Assembly (NCBI GenBank): GCA_049322915.1
Contig: JBMOPW010000028.1
Span: 2,965 to 66,964 of the forward strand
Length of the DNA stretch: 64,000 nt
From: Candidatus Zhuqueibacterota bacterium
GTDB taxonomy: Bacteria; Zhuqueibacterota; Zhuqueibacteria; Thermofontimicrobiales; Thermofontimicrobiaceae
Direction: 5' to 3'
Shown: positions 9,551 to 19,694 of the stretch, piece after piece
Numbering within the stretch: position 1 is the stretch's first letter
How the letters are laid out: each line of letters begins with the position of its first letter
Position numbers and translations under genes: made by a program
Notes under the pieces: generated by a model
What the model was told of the DNA's origin: nothing
Databases searched by the model: none
What the model saw: the letters and a program-made list of their open reading frames with translations, nothing else

Positions 9551-12500
9551 ATGAAAAAAATGATCTCTTTTATTCTGATGATGCTCCTGGTCCTCTTTTT
9601 TATGAGTGACAGGAAAACGAGAGTGGAGAAAAGGACATGGGATTCGCCGAAAATGCTGGCAGGCGTTCAGTTGCCCTTCATCGAAAATGTGGGACAGACA
9701 GCCGGGCATGTCCGTTTTTATTCGCAGATAGGCGACGGCCTGGTTTGCCTGGACAGGGCCGGTCGCATCGCATATTCATTCATCAATCATGCCGGAGAGG
9801 GAAATCGGCTCTGTTTCGAAGAACAATTCCTCGGCGGCCGGATCGCCTCTCTCAGCGGGATGGAAAAGACCGACGCCCATGTCAGCCATTTCATCGGAAG
9901 CGATCGCCGCCGCTGGCGCACGCAGATCCCGACCTATCGCAGCGTGACACTGGGGCAGGTCTACGATGGTATTTTCATCAACCTGAAAAGCCACGCCAAT
10001 AACGTGGAGAAGCTATGCATTGTCCAACCCGGGGCAGAGCCGGAGACGATTCGAATTCAAATCAATGGCTGCGCCTCGCTGCAGATCAATGACGCAAAAG
10101 AATTAGTCGTCGAGACGCCTCAGGGGCGAATCGCGTTCACTGCGCCGGTGGCGTATCAGGAAATTGGCGGAGAACGGACTCGTGTCGAGGTCGCCTATGA
10201 ATTGGCTGACGGATCCAGCCAGTCAAATGTCTACGGTTTTTCAGTCGGCGACTATGACCGGAGTCGAACGCTTGTCATTGACCCATTAATTGCCGCCACG
10301 TTTCTGGGCGGTGGAAAAACTGAAGGCATGAATTACACCAATACGCAAGTCGTAGCCGCCGGGGATGGTGACGTCTATGTTGCCGGCTGCACCCAGTCCC
10401 CTGATTTTCCAGCGTTGGCGGATTCGTATCAGAACTCGCTTCGCGCCGGCTCCGACGGTTTCGTCGCGAGATTCAATCGTGCGCTCACTGAATTGAAGCA
10501 AGTGACATTCTTCGGCGGCGATGCACTCGATGAAATTTCCAGCATGCGGCTGGCCGGGGATGGCTCCCTTTACGTGGCGGGAAATACAGAATCCACTGAC
10601 CTGCCTACTACCGAGAGCGCCTATCAGCGAGTTTACAAAGGAGGGGAGTTCAATTACTACGGCAGCGGTGACGCATTCATCGCCCGATTCGACAGCAATC
10701 TTCAGACGCTGCTTGCGTCAACGTACATCGGCGGCAGCAAAGCAGAATACTGCGCCTCTCTGGCGCTGGACAAGGCCGGCCACGTGTTCATCTCCGGCGC
10801 CACAACATCGAATGACTTTCCATTCACTGCCAGTGCTTTTCAGAAAACGCACAAGGTCGGCGGCCAACTGGGAGAGGATGTGTATGTGTCCAAACTCAGC
10901 GGGGATCTGACGCAACTGCTGGCGTCCTCGTACATCGGGGGCAGCGGTGACGATTTGGCTGAGGAATTGGCCGTGATGCCCTCTGGTTCTGTGGTTCTGG
11001 TCGGGTGGGTCACATCGGCAGATTATCCCACAACTGCGAATGGGTACGACCGTTCGTTCGGCGCCGGCGGGTACGACGCATTTGTCACCAAAATCGACAA
11101 TGATCTCGGCTCGCTTCTGTCCTCCACCTATCTGGGCGGCAGCAACTGGGATTTCGGCTATGCATTGACCCTGGATAGCGCGTGCAATGTGTACGTGACC
11201 GGGCATACGGCGTCGACCAATTTTCCAACCAGCGCGAGCGCGTTTGACCTGACCTATAGCGGCAGCGGCGGCCAGAATATCGGCGATGATCTCTTCATTT
11301 CCAAATTTGATAGCTCGCTGAGCGCATTGTCAGCATCGACGTACCTGGGCGGCGAAGCCTGGGAAATCGGCTATTGCCTGATGACCGATGCGCAGGGCGC
11401 GGTGTACGTTGCCGGAACAACCAGTTCAGCGGAATTTCCGACTGTCGCCCATGCCTACGATTCGACCTACAACGGTGGGACGAAATATACCGGCGATGCG
11501 TTCATCTCCCGACTGGATGGAAATCTCTCGTCGCTTGTTGCCTCCACCTATCTGGGCGGCAGCGAATCCGAGGGCGTTGGCGGCATGTGTCTCGGTGGGG
11601 ACGGTTCCGTTTGGCTCGCCGGCAGCACCACCTCCGGGGATTTCCCTGCCTCGTATTCAGCTTATGATAAAAGCTACAATGACGGCGCCGGAGACGCCTT
11701 CCTCGCCCGACTGGATGCCAATCTCTCCAGGGATCTGGTGACGTCAGGATTTTATATGACGCCGCAGACCGGGCACATGCCGCTGACAGTGCAATTCACG
11801 GACGCATCGACATCGGTCGCGCCGATCACTTCCTGGCTGTGGGACTTCGATCATGATGGCGTCGTTGATTCCGATGAGAAAAATCCAACCTGGACGTATC
11901 AGGAAGCCGGCCAATTCATCGTGACCTTGCTGGTCTCCGACGGCGTCAATTCGGACATCGTTGAAATGGAGAGCGCCATTCACGTGTTCGATGGAGAAAG
12001 CGCGCTCTGGTTCGACGGTCTCAATAGCAAAGGGGCCTGCGCTGCAACCGCCAGCTTGAATTTGATGGACGCGCTGACGATTGAGGCGAAAATTAGTCCG
12101 TCTGGCTGGGGCGAAACCGCCGGGCTGGGACTCGGCCGTATTATCGATAAAAAAAATATCCAGCTTTACGTTGTTGGCGAACATCCCAGTTTTAGCGATC
12201 ATTCGCTGGCGTTGCAATTGACACACGCCGACGGCACAACGAGCATGTCAATCACAGAGGCCAATTCAATTTCGCTGGATACCTGGCAGCACATCGCTGT
12301 GTCGTATGACGCCAATTCCAACCAAGTGAGGATGTACATCAATGGGGTGGAGCAGTCGCTTTTTCAAACCCGAACGCCATCCGGCAGCATCAAGGACAAT
12401 AGCGCGGATGTTTTGTACATTGGTAACAATGCCACCACCACAAACACGTTCCATGGCGCCATTGATGACGTGCGGCTGTGGAATGTCGTGCGCAGCAAAG

Positions 12501-12991
12501 AGCAGATTCAGCAGCAGATCAATGCGTACCTGCGTGGCGATGAAAATGGCCTGCTGGCCTATTGGAAAATGAACGAAGGATTCGGGGACAGCCTGGGAGA
12601 TGGGTCCGGCCATGCCAATGAAATCGCACTGACCGGGACTGAGTGGATTCAGGGTCCGGGGCTGAATCTTCCCACCGGCGTCGCCCCTTTCGGTTCCGAT
12701 GAAACGAGCGCGAGGAATTACCTGTTGCTCAATAACTATCCCAATCCGTTCAACCCGGAGACCACAATCCGGTTTGATCTGCCTTTGGCCTCGGACGTGG
12801 CCATTCATATTTACAATATTGCCGGTGCGAAGGTTCGCACGCTGCTTGTTTCGCCGGAACAGGCCGGAATTCATTCCATTGTTTGGGATGGGAAAAACGA
12901 CGCCGGCGTGGTGGTGAGTTCCGGCGTCTACCTGTGCGAGCTGCGGGCGAACTCCCTTCATTGCGTGAAAAAGATGGCAATAGTGAAATAG
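9551..12991 (+). CDS. Secreted T9SS cargo protein: signal peptide, SBBP-type beta-propeller repeats, PKD domain, LamG-like (Laminin_G_3) domain and T9SS C-terminal sorting domain
   Basis: Repeats of 'GD(V/L)YV(A/T)G.T.S.DFP' recur through the N-terminal two thirds. A PKD motif 'WLWDFDHDGVVDS...FIVTLLVSDG' and a LamG motif 'IDDVRLWNVVRSKEQIQQQ' follow. The C-terminus 'NYPNPFNPETTIRF...VYLCELRA...VK' is a Por secretion tail. Confidence 0.85.
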   Translation: MKKMISFILMMLLVLFFMSDRKTRVEKRTWDSPKMLAGVQLPFIENVGQTAGHVRFYSQIGDGLVCLDRAGRIAYSFINHAGEGNRLCFEEQFLGGRIASLSGMEKTDAHVSHFIGSDRRRWRTQIPTYRSVTLGQVYDGIFINLKSHANNVEKLCIVQPGAEPETIRIQINGCASLQINDAKELVVETPQGRIAFTAPVAYQEIGGERTRVEVAYELADGSSQSNVYGFSVGDYDRSRTLVIDPLIAATFLGGGKTEGMNYTNTQVVAAGDGDVYVAGCTQSPDFPALADSYQNSLRAGSDGFVARFNRALTELKQVTFFGGDALDEISSMRLAGDGSLYVAGNTESTDLPTTESAYQRVYKGGEFNYYGSGDAFIARFDSNLQTLLASTYIGGSKAEYCASLALDKAGHVFISGATTSNDFPFTASAFQKTHKVGGQLGEDVYVSKLSGDLTQLLASSYIGGSGDDLAEELAVMPSGSVVLVGWVTSADYPTTANGYDRSFGAGGYDAFVTKIDNDLGSLLSSTYLGGSNWDFGYALTLDSACNVYVTGHTASTNFPTSASAFDLTYSGSGGQNIGDDLFISKFDSSLSALSASTYLGGEAWEIGYCLMTDAQGAVYVAGTTSSAEFPTVAHAYDSTYNGGTKYTGDAFISRLDGNLSSLVASTYLGGSESEGVGGMCLGGDGSVWLAGSTTSGDFPASYSAYDKSYNDGAGDAFLARLDANLSRDLVTSGFYMTPQTGHMPLTVQFTDASTSVAPITSWLWDFDHDGVVDSDEKNPTWTYQEAGQFIVTLLVSDGVNSDIVEMESAIHVFDGESALWFDGLNSKGACAATASLNLMDALTIEAKISPSGWGETAGLGLGRIIDKKNIQLYVVGEHPSFSDHSLALQLTHADGTTSMSITEANSISLDTWQHIAVSYDANSNQVRMYINGVEQSLFQTRTPSGSIKDNSADVLYIGNNATTTNTFHGAIDDVRLWNVVRSKEQIQQQINAYLRGDENGLLAYWKMNEGFGDSLGDGSGHANEIALTGTEWIQGPGLNLPTGVAPFGSDETSARNYLLLNNYPNPFNPETTIRFDLPLASDVAIHIYNIAGAKVRTLLVSPEQAGIHSIVWDGKNDAGVVVSSGVYLCELRANSLHCVKKMAIVK

Positions 12992-13181
12992 CCGGCTGCG
13001 GTGAAGTTCCGGCAATGCTCTTGTTTTTGCACGTTGACCTTGCCCTGGCCTTCCTCCTGAAAGAAAAGGCCGGGGGAGGTCTCTATGAGGCGTTTTACCC
13101 GGATACTTTTCATTTCAATACAAAATGGCAATGACGAAAAATCCTGAATAAATCTCACTGGAAACCCTATCGAGGTGAATA

Positions 13182-15566
13182 ATGAAAAAGTGCGTCTGTG
13201 TTTTCCAACTCTGTCTCTGCGCAGTGCTCTGTTTTTTGGATGCCGGTTTTTCGCAGGTCAATTTTCAAAAGCATTTCGTGGACACTGCATTCGATCATGC
13301 AGCCGGCGTGTACTCCTGCGACGTGGACGGCGACGGCCGGAAGGACATCCTCGGCGCTGCCGGCGGCGATGGTATCGCCTGGTGGCGAAATCGTGGGGGA
13401 CAGCCCATTTCGTGGGACAAGCACGTGATTGATGAAAATTTCAGCGGGGCGTTTTCTGTTTACGGGTTCGATGTGGATGCCGATGGCGATTTGGATATTC
13501 TGGGCGCTGCATGGAATGATGCGGACATTGCGGTGTGGCTGAACCAGGGCGGCGATCCCATCTCCTGGCAGAAGCAGATTATCGACGGCAGCTTCATGAA
13601 CGCGCACGAAGTGTACGCTTGCGATTTTGACGGGGATGGCGATGGCGACGTCTTCGGGGCGGCAGCCGCGTCGAATGATATTGCCTGGTGGCGCAATGAC
13701 GGCGGCAGTCCCATCCTCTGGACCAAGCAGACGATCGACCCGCAATTTTCCGGCGCGCGGTCCGTGCATGTGGCCGATTTCGATGGCGACGGCGATAACG
13801 ATGTTGCCGGCGCAGCGTTGGTCAGCAACGAAGTCGCCTGGTGGCGCAATGATGGCGGCGCGCCTGTTTCCTGGACAAAATTCATCGTATCGGCGACATT
13901 CACCGGGTCGCATCGGGTCTTTGGCTGCGACATGGACCTGGATGGCGATACCGATATTTTAGGCGCGGCGTATGCGGTCGCGGAAGTTGCGTGGTGGCGT
14001 AATGACGGCGGCGACCCTGTTCATTGGACAAAGGAGGTCATTGGCAATCAATTCGGCGGGTCTCTCACAGCCTATCCGGCGGATTTCGATCTGGACGGAG
14101 ATCTGGATGTCGTCGGCGCAGCCAATACGTCCGATGCTGTGGCCTGGTGGCGCAACGACGACCAGACGTGGACGCGATTCAATATCGATGCCAATTTCAA
14201 CGGCGCGTGGGTCGTGTGGGCGGACGATCTGGATGGCGACCGTGACATTGACGTGCTTTGCGCCGGCGATGCCGGCAGCCAGATTGCCTGGTGGGAAAGC
14301 GATCTGATTGGCGCCCATTTCTCCGCCGATGTCACATCAGGCTTTGCCCCGCTGACGGTGAAGTTTTCGGAATCATCGGTCTGCATGCCGGCTCCGGCAG
14401 CCTGGGCCTGGGATTTCAATAATGATGGCCAGATCGATTCACAGGAACGACAGCCGAGTTGGAATTTCGAACAGCCCGGGGAATACACCGTGGCGCTGGA
14501 AGTCTCCAACGGTTCCACCAGCTATCGCCGCGTTGAGACGAACTTCATCTCCGTGTTCGAGGGCGGCAGCGCGCTTTTATTCAGCCCGGAGAACAGCAAT
14601 GTCCATTGCCCGGCCGCGCCGGAATTGAGCCTGACCGAAGCGGCCACATTCGAAGCATGGATTTTCCCGACAGGCTGGGGATCGGTGCCAAATCTCGGTT
14701 TTGGCAGAATTGTGGATAAAGGGACCATCTCGCTCCTGCTCAATGGCGTGGGCGGATCGCTCAATACGCACAGTCTGGCAGTCACGCTGACAACGGAAGG
14801 AAGCTCCGCCGGATTTCTCAACTCGCCGGAGAATTCCATCTCGCTGGATACGTGGCAGCACGTGACAGTGACGTATCATGCGGCCAGCAGCGCCGTCACA
14901 TTGTACATCAATGGCGTGGAGCAACCCCTGAAGCTGGTGGCCAGCGCGCCGGCTGGCCGGCTGAAAGACAATGCGGGCGTCGATTTGCGAATCGGCCGTT
15001 CCGTGGCCGGCATGTTTTTCGACGGCGTCATTGATGAAGTCCGCGTCTGGAATACGGTGCGCACCCAACAGGAGATTGTGGAGCATTCAGGACGTCTGCT
15101 GCGCGGCGCTGAAACCGGGCTTGTGGGGTACTGGTCCATGGACGAAGCCTTTGGCGATACACTCGGCGATGGCTCCGGCAATGGGAACGATTGTAGCGTC
15201 GACCGGGCTGCGTGGAAACAGGGAGTGCGCCTTGACCTGCCGCTGAGCATCAGGGAGTCAACCGATCCTGACGCCGGCCGACCGGAGCAAATTTATATGC
15301 TGCAGAACTATCCCAATCCGTTCAATCCAACGACGCAGATTCGAGTTCATACGGCAGCGCCATTGCCAGTGACGATTCGGATTTTTGATGTGACCGGACG
15401 GCTGGTGAAAACGCTTGCCGACGGGGCGACTCTGAACCAGGGGATGCACGAAATAAACTGGAATGGGAATGATGACGCGGGGCGTCCTGTGAGTTCAGGA
15501 CTCTATTTTTGCCAGATTGAAAGTAGAGGGCAAAGAATTACGAAGAAAATGATACTGACAAAATAG
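13182..15566 (+). CDS. Secreted T9SS cargo protein: eight or more FG-GAP/VCBS-like repeats, PKD domain, LamG-like domain and T9SS C-terminal sorting domain
   Basis: There are eight copies of 'D(F/V)DGDGD.D(I/V)(L/V)GAA......(I/V)AWW(R/E)N.GG.P(I/V).W'. The PKD motif is 'AWDFNNDGQIDS...YTVALEVSNG' and the LamG motif is 'IDEVRVWNTVRTQQEIVEH'. The CTD reads 'NYPNPFNPTTQIRV...GLYFCQIES...K'. Confidence 0.85.
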   Translation: MKKCVCVFQLCLCAVLCFLDAGFSQVNFQKHFVDTAFDHAAGVYSCDVDGDGRKDILGAAGGDGIAWWRNRGGQPISWDKHVIDENFSGAFSVYGFDVDADGDLDILGAAWNDADIAVWLNQGGDPISWQKQIIDGSFMNAHEVYACDFDGDGDGDVFGAAAASNDIAWWRNDGGSPILWTKQTIDPQFSGARSVHVADFDGDGDNDVAGAALVSNEVAWWRNDGGAPVSWTKFIVSATFTGSHRVFGCDMDLDGDTDILGAAYAVAEVAWWRNDGGDPVHWTKEVIGNQFGGSLTAYPADFDLDGDLDVVGAANTSDAVAWWRNDDQTWTRFNIDANFNGAWVVWADDLDGDRDIDVLCAGDAGSQIAWWESDLIGAHFSADVTSGFAPLTVKFSESSVCMPAPAAWAWDFNNDGQIDSQERQPSWNFEQPGEYTVALEVSNGSTSYRRVETNFISVFEGGSALLFSPENSNVHCPAAPELSLTEAATFEAWIFPTGWGSVPNLGFGRIVDKGTISLLLNGVGGSLNTHSLAVTLTTEGSSAGFLNSPENSISLDTWQHVTVTYHAASSAVTLYINGVEQPLKLVASAPAGRLKDNAGVDLRIGRSVAGMFFDGVIDEVRVWNTVRTQQEIVEHSGRLLRGAETGLVGYWSMDEAFGDTLGDGSGNGNDCSVDRAAWKQGVRLDLPLSIRESTDPDAGRPEQIYMLQNYPNPFNPTTQIRVHTAAPLPVTIRIFDVTGRLVKTLADGATLNQGMHEINWNGNDDAGRPVSSGLYFCQIESRGQRITKKMILTK

Positions 15567-15937
15567 AACCCCGCTCTGCCCAGAGCGGGGTTGGAAGGTA
15601 CCGGTCGTCCATCTTTAAGCCTGTTCAGCCCGTCTTCCGTACCAATCCAGATTGTCCCGTCTTTGGCGGCCAAAATTGTATTTGCGTAGTTATTCGCCAG
15701 TCCGTCGCTTGTGTCATAGTAGGTAAATTTGAATTCATCAAAACAACTCACGCCGCCGCCGGCCGTGGCAAGCCATAAGTTTCCGTGATTGTCCTCGTCT
15801 ATGTCCCAGATAAAATTATTATTCAAACCCGGGTACTGGCTTTTGTCGTATGTTTTGAATTCAACGCCATCAAAACGGACCAGGCCTTCCTGTGTGCCAA
15901 TCCATCGGTGTAAAGGTAACGCCCCCATAAAAAACAC
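15503..15937 (-). pseudogene. Orphan fragment of a Reg_prop (two-component regulator propeller) sensor gene
   Basis: The first 110 or so residues ('GLVRFDGVEFKTYD...NHGNLWLATAGGGVSCFD...KDGTIWIGTEDGLNRL') are three propeller blades of the kind found in the kinase at 652..3936. There is no signal peptide, TM helix or kinase domain. The 3' end runs antisense into the stop region of the cargo gene ending at 15566. Confidence 0.5.
15569..15590 (+). terminator. Stem-loop immediately after the cargo gene stop; weak terminator without a U-run
   Basis: 'ccccgctctg cc cagagcgggg' forms a perfect 10-bp stem 3 nt after the stop codon at 15564-15566. Confidence 0.4.
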
Positions 15938-16594
15938 TAAATCGTCATAAATTGTCTGGCTGAATTATAAAACAGATTCGGCCTAAAGTCAAGTAAAAAA
16001 AATTGCATGTCGTAAAATACCATGTTTCGTTCTATGAAAATGTCAGAGCCCACCTTCAAATCCGCTGCTACGGACGCATTGCGAATCACCTTTCATGCGG
16101 TCAAAAAACGATTGTGGAAAAGTCTGGTCTTAAAGCGAATGATCCTGACTATCATGCTCCCCAATTTTCAGACAGGTGAATGGATGGAATTTCTGAATTC
16201 TGGAGCCTCGTATGACGAAAATGGAGGAACACCGCCGATCGCATGCCCCAGAGGAACGCCATGAAATCTGACTGGAATTCCCGCGTCACAGAAAATAGTC
16301 ATTGGAAGCGCCGGTTATTTTTGGTATATTTCAAACCGGGTGAAGTTGGGATTTGATTGTCCCTGGGCTGAATTGCATTCCGGCTGCAACAAGGAGATAG
16401 AAGATATCGTATGAGGGACATCGAATTCATCGGCGCATCCTTCATCGTCCCGGGATGCCGTTGCGGCGGTGATTTTCGTCGCGCCAGTTGCAGTTGAAAG
16501 TAACCCTTCCACAGGGCGTTTCCCGGTTCACACCGTGGAGTTTGCAGTCGCCGGATGAGCACGCAGTATTCACTTTTCATTGAGGAGAATTGAT

Positions 16595-18181
16595 ATGCTG
16601 ATTTCTATCGCAGGTTTTAAACGCTGTGTTGCAGTGTGGCTGATGCTGATCGTGACGACTGCCTTTGCGCAGCACACCAATGTGAAAGTCGGGTCCGCGC
16701 TGGGCAACGGCGATCCCCAGGAACCTTCCATCATTGTGAATTACAAAAATACCGATCACATGTTGATTGGCGCAAACAAGGACAATTATTACTATTCGAC
16801 TGACGCCGGGTTGAATTGGGTCCATGGCCAGTTGACGTCGCCGCTGGGTGTGTGGGGCGATCCGTGCGTTATCGTCGATACGACCGGCAGTTTCTACTTT
16901 TTCCATCTGTCTGATCCGGCTGGAGTCGCCTGGGTCGATCGAATCATGTGTCAGAAAACCGGCCGCCTGGGTGGTAAATGGTCTGACGGGACGTACATGG
17001 GGCTCAACGGCTCGAAGCTTCAGGACAAAGAGTGGGCTGCGGTGGATGTACGAACCAATGCCATTTACGTGACCTGGACTCAATTCGATCAATACGGCAG
17101 CATCGATCCCAAACATTTCAGCAACATCATGTTCTCGAAATCGACCGATGCCGGGGAAACGTGGAGCCCGGCGCTTCGCATCAACACGATCAGCGGAGAC
17201 TGTCGGGATGATGACAATACTGTTGAGGGCGCGGTGCCGGCAATCGGGCCTGAGGGCGAAATCTACGTGTCCTGGGCCGGGCCGGCTGGCATCGTGTTCG
17301 ACAAATCCAATGATCGCGGCGCAACATGGCTCGATACCGATATCTTCGTATCCGATATTCCCGGCGGCTGGGCATTGACAGTGCCCGGAATAATGCGATG
17401 CAACGGCATGCCGGTCACGGCGTGCGATGTCAGCAACGGGCCGCATCGGGGTACAATTTACATCAACTGGTCGGATCAGCGCCATGGGGTTTCGGACACG
17501 GATGTCTGGCTGAGCAAGTCGACCGACGCCGGCGAAACATGGAGCGCGCCGATACGCGTGAATGACGATGGCCAGGGAAAGCATCAGTTTTTCACGTGGA
17601 TGACCATCGACCAGACCAATGGCTATCTCTATTTCGTCTTTTATGACCGACGCTACCACGCGGATACCAGCACCGATGTGGTTTGCGCTGTATCCCGCGA
17701 CGGGGGCGAAACATTCATCAATTTTAAAGTGAGCGAAACTCCGTTTGCGCCGAATCAATCTGTTTTCTTTGGCGATTACACCAATATCTCCGGCCACAAC
17801 AATGTGATCCGGCCGGTCTGGGCGCGGCTGGATAATTCGGATTTGAGCCTCTGGACAGCGATCATCGATCCCGGCCAGATCACAGAACTTCCGCGGCCGG
17901 CCCCGGATGTTCAGCCGACCGGCTTTGAGTTCGTCTCGGTTTATCCCAATCCGTTCAATGCTTCTATTATGATTGAATACATAATTCCGAGATCTGGCGA
18001 GGTCGTTGTAAAAGTGTTCGATGTGCTTGGCAAAGAGATTGAAACGGTTTTCAGCGGGAATCAGGCTGAAGGGGAACATCAGGTCAGTTGGTTGGCAGAG
18101 GGAGTGGCCAGCGGCATTTATTTCGTGCATGCGAAATTTGCCAATGAACTGAAAACAACGAAGGTTACCCTGTCCAAATGA
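16595..18181 (+). CDS. BNR/Asp-box repeat (sialidase-like) glycosidase-fold protein with a T9SS C-terminal sorting domain
   Basis: The signal peptide is 'MLISIAGFKRCVAVWLMLIVTTAFA' (RBS GAGGAG). 'SKSTDAGETWS' occurs three times along with further SxDxGxTW boxes. The CTD reads 'VYPNPFNASIMIEY...GIYFVHAKF...LSK'. Confidence 0.8.
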   Translation: MLISIAGFKRCVAVWLMLIVTTAFAQHTNVKVGSALGNGDPQEPSIIVNYKNTDHMLIGANKDNYYYSTDAGLNWVHGQLTSPLGVWGDPCVIVDTTGSFYFFHLSDPAGVAWVDRIMCQKTGRLGGKWSDGTYMGLNGSKLQDKEWAAVDVRTNAIYVTWTQFDQYGSIDPKHFSNIMFSKSTDAGETWSPALRINTISGDCRDDDNTVEGAVPAIGPEGEIYVSWAGPAGIVFDKSNDRGATWLDTDIFVSDIPGGWALTVPGIMRCNGMPVTACDVSNGPHRGTIYINWSDQRHGVSDTDVWLSKSTDAGETWSAPIRVNDDGQGKHQFFTWMTIDQTNGYLYFVFYDRRYHADTSTDVVCAVSRDGGETFINFKVSETPFAPNQSVFFGDYTNISGHNNVIRPVWARLDNSDLSLWTAIIDPGQITELPRPAPDVQPTGFEFVSVYPNPFNASIMIEYIIPRSGEVVVKVFDVLGKEIETVFSGNQAEGEHQVSWLAEGVASGIYFVHAKFANELKTTKVTLSK

Positions 18182-18240
18182 TTGACCCGGCAACCAAATG
18201 AATGGCGGACAATCCATCAACTGTAATCAGTGGAGGCAAT

Positions 18241-19113
18241 ATGAAAACATCGGTCAAATGTTTTGCCATGATTTTCGCGGCTTTCGTCTGTTTCATCGGA
18301 ACGAAACCGGCTGCGGGTGGGAATGCTTTGTGCGGAGAAATGAAAGAGCATACAGCGCAAATCCAAGATCATAACATGAAAAGTGAGGTAATAATGAACC
18401 CGAAAAAAGTGACCATTCTGTACGATAACTATGTTTTCACACCGGGCACTGCATCGGAGTGGGGATTTTCCTGTCTGGTGCAGGGATTTGAAAAGACCAT
18501 CCTGTTCGATACCGGCGGCAAAGGCGATATTCTGATGTCGAACATCGGAGTCCTGGGAGTTGACCTGAAGAAGGTCGATATCATTGTCCTGTCCCACAAT
18601 CACTGGGATCATACCGGCGGTCTTTTTAACGTGCTGGAGAAGAATCCCAATGTGACTGTGTATGCGCCAAAATCATTCCCGGATGACTTTATCGGGAAAG
18701 TCACTCAGACCGGCGCGAAGATCGAGCGTGTGGATCAGCCGTTGGAGGTGTGCCGCGATGTCATTCTGACCGGGGAAATTGCCGGGCCTGTGAACGAACA
18801 GTCTCTGATTTTGAAAACAAAACAGGGCGCCGTCGTCATCACCGGCTGCTCCCATCCCGGCATTGTGAAGATTGTGAAAAAAGCCAGCGAAGTTGTCAGC
18901 GGCCGTGTCTACATGACGTTCGGCGGCTTCCATTTAATGCGCCATTCGGAGGCTGAAGTCGACGACATCATCCGGGAACTGCGCGCGCTGGGACTGGTCA
19001 AATGCGGCGCTACTCATTGCACCGGTGAGAAAGCGATCGGTCAATTCAAATCGGCATTTGGCGAAGACTTCCTGCAGATGGGAACCGGGAATGTCATCGA
19101 AATTCCGGAGTGA
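18241..19113 (+). CDS. MBL-fold metallo-hydrolase with a signal peptide
   Basis: 'ILFDTGG' and 'IIVLSHNHWDHTGGL' give the HxHxDH motif. Start taken at the ATG at 18241 after GGAGG; the track ORF begins at 18202. Confidence 0.75.
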   Translation: MKTSVKCFAMIFAAFVCFIGTKPAAGGNALCGEMKEHTAQIQDHNMKSEVIMNPKKVTILYDNYVFTPGTASEWGFSCLVQGFEKTILFDTGGKGDILMSNIGVLGVDLKKVDIIVLSHNHWDHTGGLFNVLEKNPNVTVYAPKSFPDDFIGKVTQTGAKIERVDQPLEVCRDVILTGEIAGPVNEQSLILKTKQGAVVITGCSHPGIVKIVKKASEVVSGRVYMTFGGFHLMRHSEAEVDDIIRELRALGLVKCGATHCTGEKAIGQFKSAFGEDFLQMGTGNVIEIPE

Positions 19114-19172
19114 TGCCGCAGGTTTCTCGGCGCGTGGCCCACGCAATCATTCGTCCGGCAAATCCGAAGGGC

Positions 19173-19694
19173 TCACAGACAATGGGTGATAAACGTTTTT
19201 CTGCGCTTTGAAAACGCCATCGCTTTTTCGAACAGACTGAAAAACAGGAGTATCGATCCGGCCGGGATCAGGTATTCAATAGTGATATGCAATCGTTCCA
19301 GGATTTCCAGACCGAAAAAATAGCTGTCGCTGAAATTCAGCCAGAGCTGATTCAGGAATTGAAAGGAAGAGGCAGGAACGTGAAGCTTCAGGAAATATCC
19401 GATGGGCAGAACCACTCCCAGAATGATCGAGGCTGCCATGAGCAGGTATTTCCAGAATTGAAATTTTCGATCTGGTTGCGGCGAAAGCCTGGCCAGAATC
19501 GCATCTTCAAACGCCGGGGAGAAGGACGCTTTCGGCTCGGACTGCAACTCCTGATACACTGCCCGATACGCCTGAATTGACCGCTGGCATTCCGCGCATT
19601 GCGCCACATGGGCCATGATCTCTGCATTGTCCTCAGCATTCGCGCGATCCAGATAGCGCTGAATTTGCCTGTCCGTCAGATGTTTCAAAGACAT
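19173..19694 (-). CDS. Anti-sigma factor (zf-HC2 type) with a C-terminal TM region
   Basis: The N-terminus has 'HVAQCAECQRSIQAYRAV', and the C-terminal half contains a TM helix. It overlaps the upstream ECF sigma gene by 10 nt. Confidence 0.7.
   Translation of the reverse strand: MSLKHLTDRQIQRYLDRANAEDNAEIMAHVAQCAECQRSIQAYRAVYQELQSEPKASFSPAFEDAILARLSPQPDRKFQFWKYLLMAASIILGVVLPIGYFLKLHVPASSFQFLNQLWLNFSDSYFFGLEILERLHITIEYLIPAGSILLFFSLFEKAMAFSKRRKTFITHCL

Noticed and set aside
12266-13015. A 249-aa minus-strand ORF spanning the 3' end of the first T9SS cargo gene
   Set aside because: It overlaps the conserved LamG and CTD coding region on the opposite strand and has no features of its own.
16022-16580. 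Small ORFs at 16022..16264 (plus) and 16299..16580 (minus) in the gap of about 650 bp before the BNR gene
   Set aside because: Neither has an RBS, a motif or a plausible fold. They are retained only as part of the possible decay scar discussed under findings.
16577-18220. A 547-aa minus-strand ORF overlapping the BNR/T9SS gene
   Set aside because: The plus-strand frame has BNR boxes, a signal peptide, a Por tail and an RBS. The minus frame is a low-complexity Arg/Pro/Gly-rich translation typical of GC-rich antisense.
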